Translations under genes and position numbers: made by a program
Assembly (NCBI GenBank): GCA_965153455.1
Contig: OZ234493.1
Span: 34,400,213-34,464,212, forward strand
DNA: 64,000 nucleotides
Direction: 5' to 3'
DNA from: Sphagnum compactum
Taxonomy: Eukaryota
In this document: in pieces, positions 63,681 to 64,000 of the stretch
How positions within the stretch are numbered: the stretch's first letter is position 1
Layout of the letters: every line of letters begins with the position of its first letter
The notes under the pieces: model-generated
Told to the model about the DNA's origin: nothing
What the model saw: only the letters and a program-made list of their open reading frames with translations
Databases searched by the model: none

Positions 63681-64000
63681 CCCTCTTAGGTGATTCTTTT
63701 GTCTTCTTGGATGTGGGTCCTTCCATTTTGTTCCTTGTATTCCCCCTTTTTTGGTTGCTTTGGTTTTTATTTGATTGGCATGGGTCCATCATCATTATCA
63801 TTTTGAGACACTGGCTTATTTACTTCACTTACAATCCATTGGATATTTTGTTTCGGTTACTCCTTTTGATGACTACTGGGTCATCACGGTTTGTCTCCTT
63901 AGCACCATATGTGCCGACTTTGCCTGCTGGTTTCCAGCAGCTGTGCAGCTGGGTTTATGTTTGTGAAATCGTTGGTTGCTAAAGATTCCTACTAGTGGCA

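Overview
AT-rich, intron-containing land-plant nuclear DNA. The gene set and repeat landscape suggest a bryophyte, probably a peat moss (Sphagnum-like); this is inference only. Six intact spliced genes could be rebuilt by hand: (1) cullin-3 (-, 2 exons). (2) A METTL5-like SAM-dependent methyltransferase whose catalytic NPPF motif reads FPPL (-, 9 exons). (3) Plastid YceD/DUF177 YCED1 (-). (4) A 74-75 aa, 4-exon ASDURF/prefoldin-like microprotein that the ORF track misses, ending only 341 nt upstream of the YCED1 ATG and possibly sharing its transcript (-). (5) A MOSC/mARC molybdoenzyme homologue with altered active-site residues (+, 9 exons). (6) A long secreted precursor ending in a canonical 13-aa RGF/GOLVEN/CLEL peptide, DYKDPQNHPPRSN (-). 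There is also a frameshifted, 5'-truncated WAT1/UMAMIT transporter pseudogene. The rest is transposon debris: two solo LTRs with their own TSDs, MITEs, hAT and non-LTR remnants, tandem arrays and a tRNA-like relic. All family assignments come from recalled motif similarity; no database search was run.
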